The notes under the pieces were generated by a model. That model was not told the DNA's origin, made no database searches, and saw only the letters and a program-made list of their open reading frames with translations. DNA of 64,000 bases from contig JAOAPN010000008.1 of NCBI GenBank assembly GCA_025462885.1, forward strand, positions 210,953 through 274,952, written 5' to 3'. Source of the DNA: Acidobacteriaceae bacterium. GTDB taxonomy: Bacteria; Acidobacteriota; Terriglobia; Terriglobales; Acidobacteriaceae. The position numbers and the translations under genes are program-made. Positions 62,522-64,000 of the stretch are shown in pieces. Position 1 is the stretch's first letter; each line of letters begins with the position of its first letter.

Positions 62522-63439
62522 ATGGAACTTGGAATTATTGGTCTTGGCAAAATGGGCTTCAACATGGCAGAGCGTCTTCGGCTCGCCGGGCATAAAGTCG
62601 TCGGATTCGACTTCAACAAAGATGCCACCGCAAAGCTCACCGCCTCCGGCTCCCTGGGCGTGAACTCCCTCGAAGAGCTTGCCTCGAACCTGAGCGCTCC
62701 CCGTGCCATCTGGATCATGGTTCCCGCCGGCGACCCCGTCGACCAGACCATCGCCAAGCTCGAACCGCTGATGCAGAAGGGCGACACCTTCATCGACGGC
62801 GGCAACTCGAACTACAAGGATACCCAGCGTCGTCACGCCGAAGCCGCAGCCAAGGGCTTCAACTTCGTCGATTGCGGAACCTCCGGCGGAGTCTGGGGAC
62901 TCGCGGAAGGCTACTCGCTGATGATCGGCGGCGACAAGGAGCCGGTTGAGCGCCTCACCCCCATCTTCGAAACCCTCGCTCCCGGCAAGGCCGAAGGCTG
63001 GGGCCATGTCGGACCCTCCGGCTCCGGCCACTTCGTCAAGATGGTGCACAACGGTATCGAGTACGGCATGATGCAGGCTTATGCTGAAGGCTTTTCCATC
63101 ATGGAGGCCAAGACTCCGCTGAACCTCGATCTCACGCAGATCTCGCACATCTGGCAGAAGGGTTCGGTCGTCCGCTCCTGGCTGCTGGATCTGACCGCTG
63201 CCGCGCTCGACAAGAACCCCACGCTCGATGGTCTCGAGGCTTATGTTCCGGACTCCGGCGAAGGCCGCTGGACCGTTACCGAGGCGATCGATCTCAATAT
63301 CTCCGCCCCGGTGATCACCGAGGCCCTTATGCGCCGTATCCGTTCGCGGGAAGAGAACAACTTCACCGACCGCATGATCTCGATCATGCGCGGAGCCTTC
63401 GGCGGCCATGACGTCAAGAAGGAAGCTCCAAAGGCTTAA
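62522..63439 (+). CDS. gnd: 6-phosphogluconate dehydrogenase (decarboxylating), short ~300-aa form
   Basis: IGLGKMGFNMAERL Rossmann motif, GGNSNYKD, GSGHFVKMVHNGIEYG. AAGGAG upstream. Confidence 0.9.
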   Translation: MELGIIGLGKMGFNMAERLRLAGHKVVGFDFNKDATAKLTASGSLGVNSLEELASNLSAPRAIWIMVPAGDPVDQTIAKLEPLMQKGDTFIDGGNSNYKDTQRRHAEAAAKGFNFVDCGTSGGVWGLAEGYSLMIGGDKEPVERLTPIFETLAPGKAEGWGHVGPSGSGHFVKMVHNGIEYGMMQAYAEGFSIMEAKTPLNLDLTQISHIWQKGSVVRSWLLDLTAAALDKNPTLDGLEAYVPDSGEGRWTVTEAIDLNISAPVITEALMRRIRSREENNFTDRMISIMRGAFGGHDVKKEAPKA

Positions 63440-63541
63440 CCCACCAGCCCGCATGCAGACGGTACTCTGCCTCCGCATGCGGCATTCAACATCGACGGCA
63501 GTTGATTCAGGCCGCGTCAGATACAAGCAAGGGAGTAAGAA

Positions 63542-64000
63542 ATGTCTATTACGAAAGCAGTACCCCTTCCGGAAGGTGAGCTCGCCAAGAAGGAAGAGCG
63601 CATCCCCGAGCCCTGCATCGTCGTTATCTTCGGTGCTTCAGGCGACCTCACGAAGCGCAAACTTCTGCCCGCGCTCTACCACCTCGAACAGTCCGGCTTG
63701 TTGCCCAAGGACTTCACCGTAGTCGGCGTCGCCCGCCGGGATCTCTCCACGACCTTTGCCCCCGACATGCAGGACGGCATCATCAAGGGCGGCGGCGTCG
63801 AAGAAAACGATCCGAAGCTCAAGCCCTTCATGGATCGCGTTCAGTACTTCGCCACCGAGTTCGACGATGACAACGGCTACGAGAAGCTCAAGGCATACCT
63901 CGCCGACCTCGACACCAAGTTCAACACCAAGGGCAATCGCCTCTTCTACCTCGCCGTCGCGCCCGAGTTCTTCGCCGACATCATCCAGCGTCTCGGAAAC
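63542..64000 (+). CDS. zwf: glucose-6-phosphate dehydrogenase (N-terminal part, truncated by the window end)
   Basis: IFGASGDLTKRKLLPALY motif from hand translation. GGGAG upstream of ATG 63542. Confidence 0.9.
   Translation, partial: MSITKAVPLPEGELAKKEERIPEPCIVVIFGASGDLTKRKLLPALYHLEQSGLLPKDFTVVGVARRDLSTTFAPDMQDGIIKGGGVEENDPKLKPFMDRVQYFATEFDDDNGYEKLKAYLADLDTKFNTKGNRLFYLAVAPEFFADIIQRLGN

Overview
GC-rich (about 60% by eye, not computed), densely coding bacterial chromosomal segment. I call about 55 protein-coding genes. Reading by eye, I found no rRNA, tRNA, CRISPR array, transposase or integrase. The gene content suggests an Acidobacteriota-type genome, which is inference only: a 1240-aa TonB-dependent receptor with a carboxypeptidase-regulatory-like N-terminus, a secreted VWA protein, a 7-repeat FG-GAP/VCBS protein, and many Sec/Tat-exported hydrolases. 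Recognisable housekeeping genes are pheS and pheT (split by an inserted ATPase gene), zapB-like/zapA, an Lgt-like gene, an rluD-like gene, add plus an APC permease, a PcrA/UvrD helicase, gyrB, rpmI/rplT, typA, a Fe/Mn superoxide dismutase, and a pentose-phosphate cluster (tkt-rpiA-SDR-HAD-gnd-zwf) next to a GH15 glucoamylase. The items most worth follow-up are these. (1) A circularly permuted ATP-grasp / alpha-E / transglutaminase cassette, a predicted peptide-ligase system with no established function. (2) A DprE1/DprE2-like epimerase pair plus a distant HAD-UbiA fusion, suggesting a lipid-linked D-arabinose donor pathway. (3) A STAND/ORC-like AAA+ ATPase wedged between pheS and pheT. (4) A co-directional gene set of orphan ABC ATPase, TauE, DUF971 and DUF3050. 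(5) A REP-like 61-62 nt element present twice. (6) A 276-nt structured spacer between rpmI and rplT. (7) A haem-binding/cytochrome-P460 protein translationally coupled to a haem-less paralogue. (8) Several unusually long perfect palindromes in intergenic DNA. None of these is demonstrably a new system from sequence alone. Start codons were chosen by eye, and all family assignments rest on motifs I recognise, not on searches.
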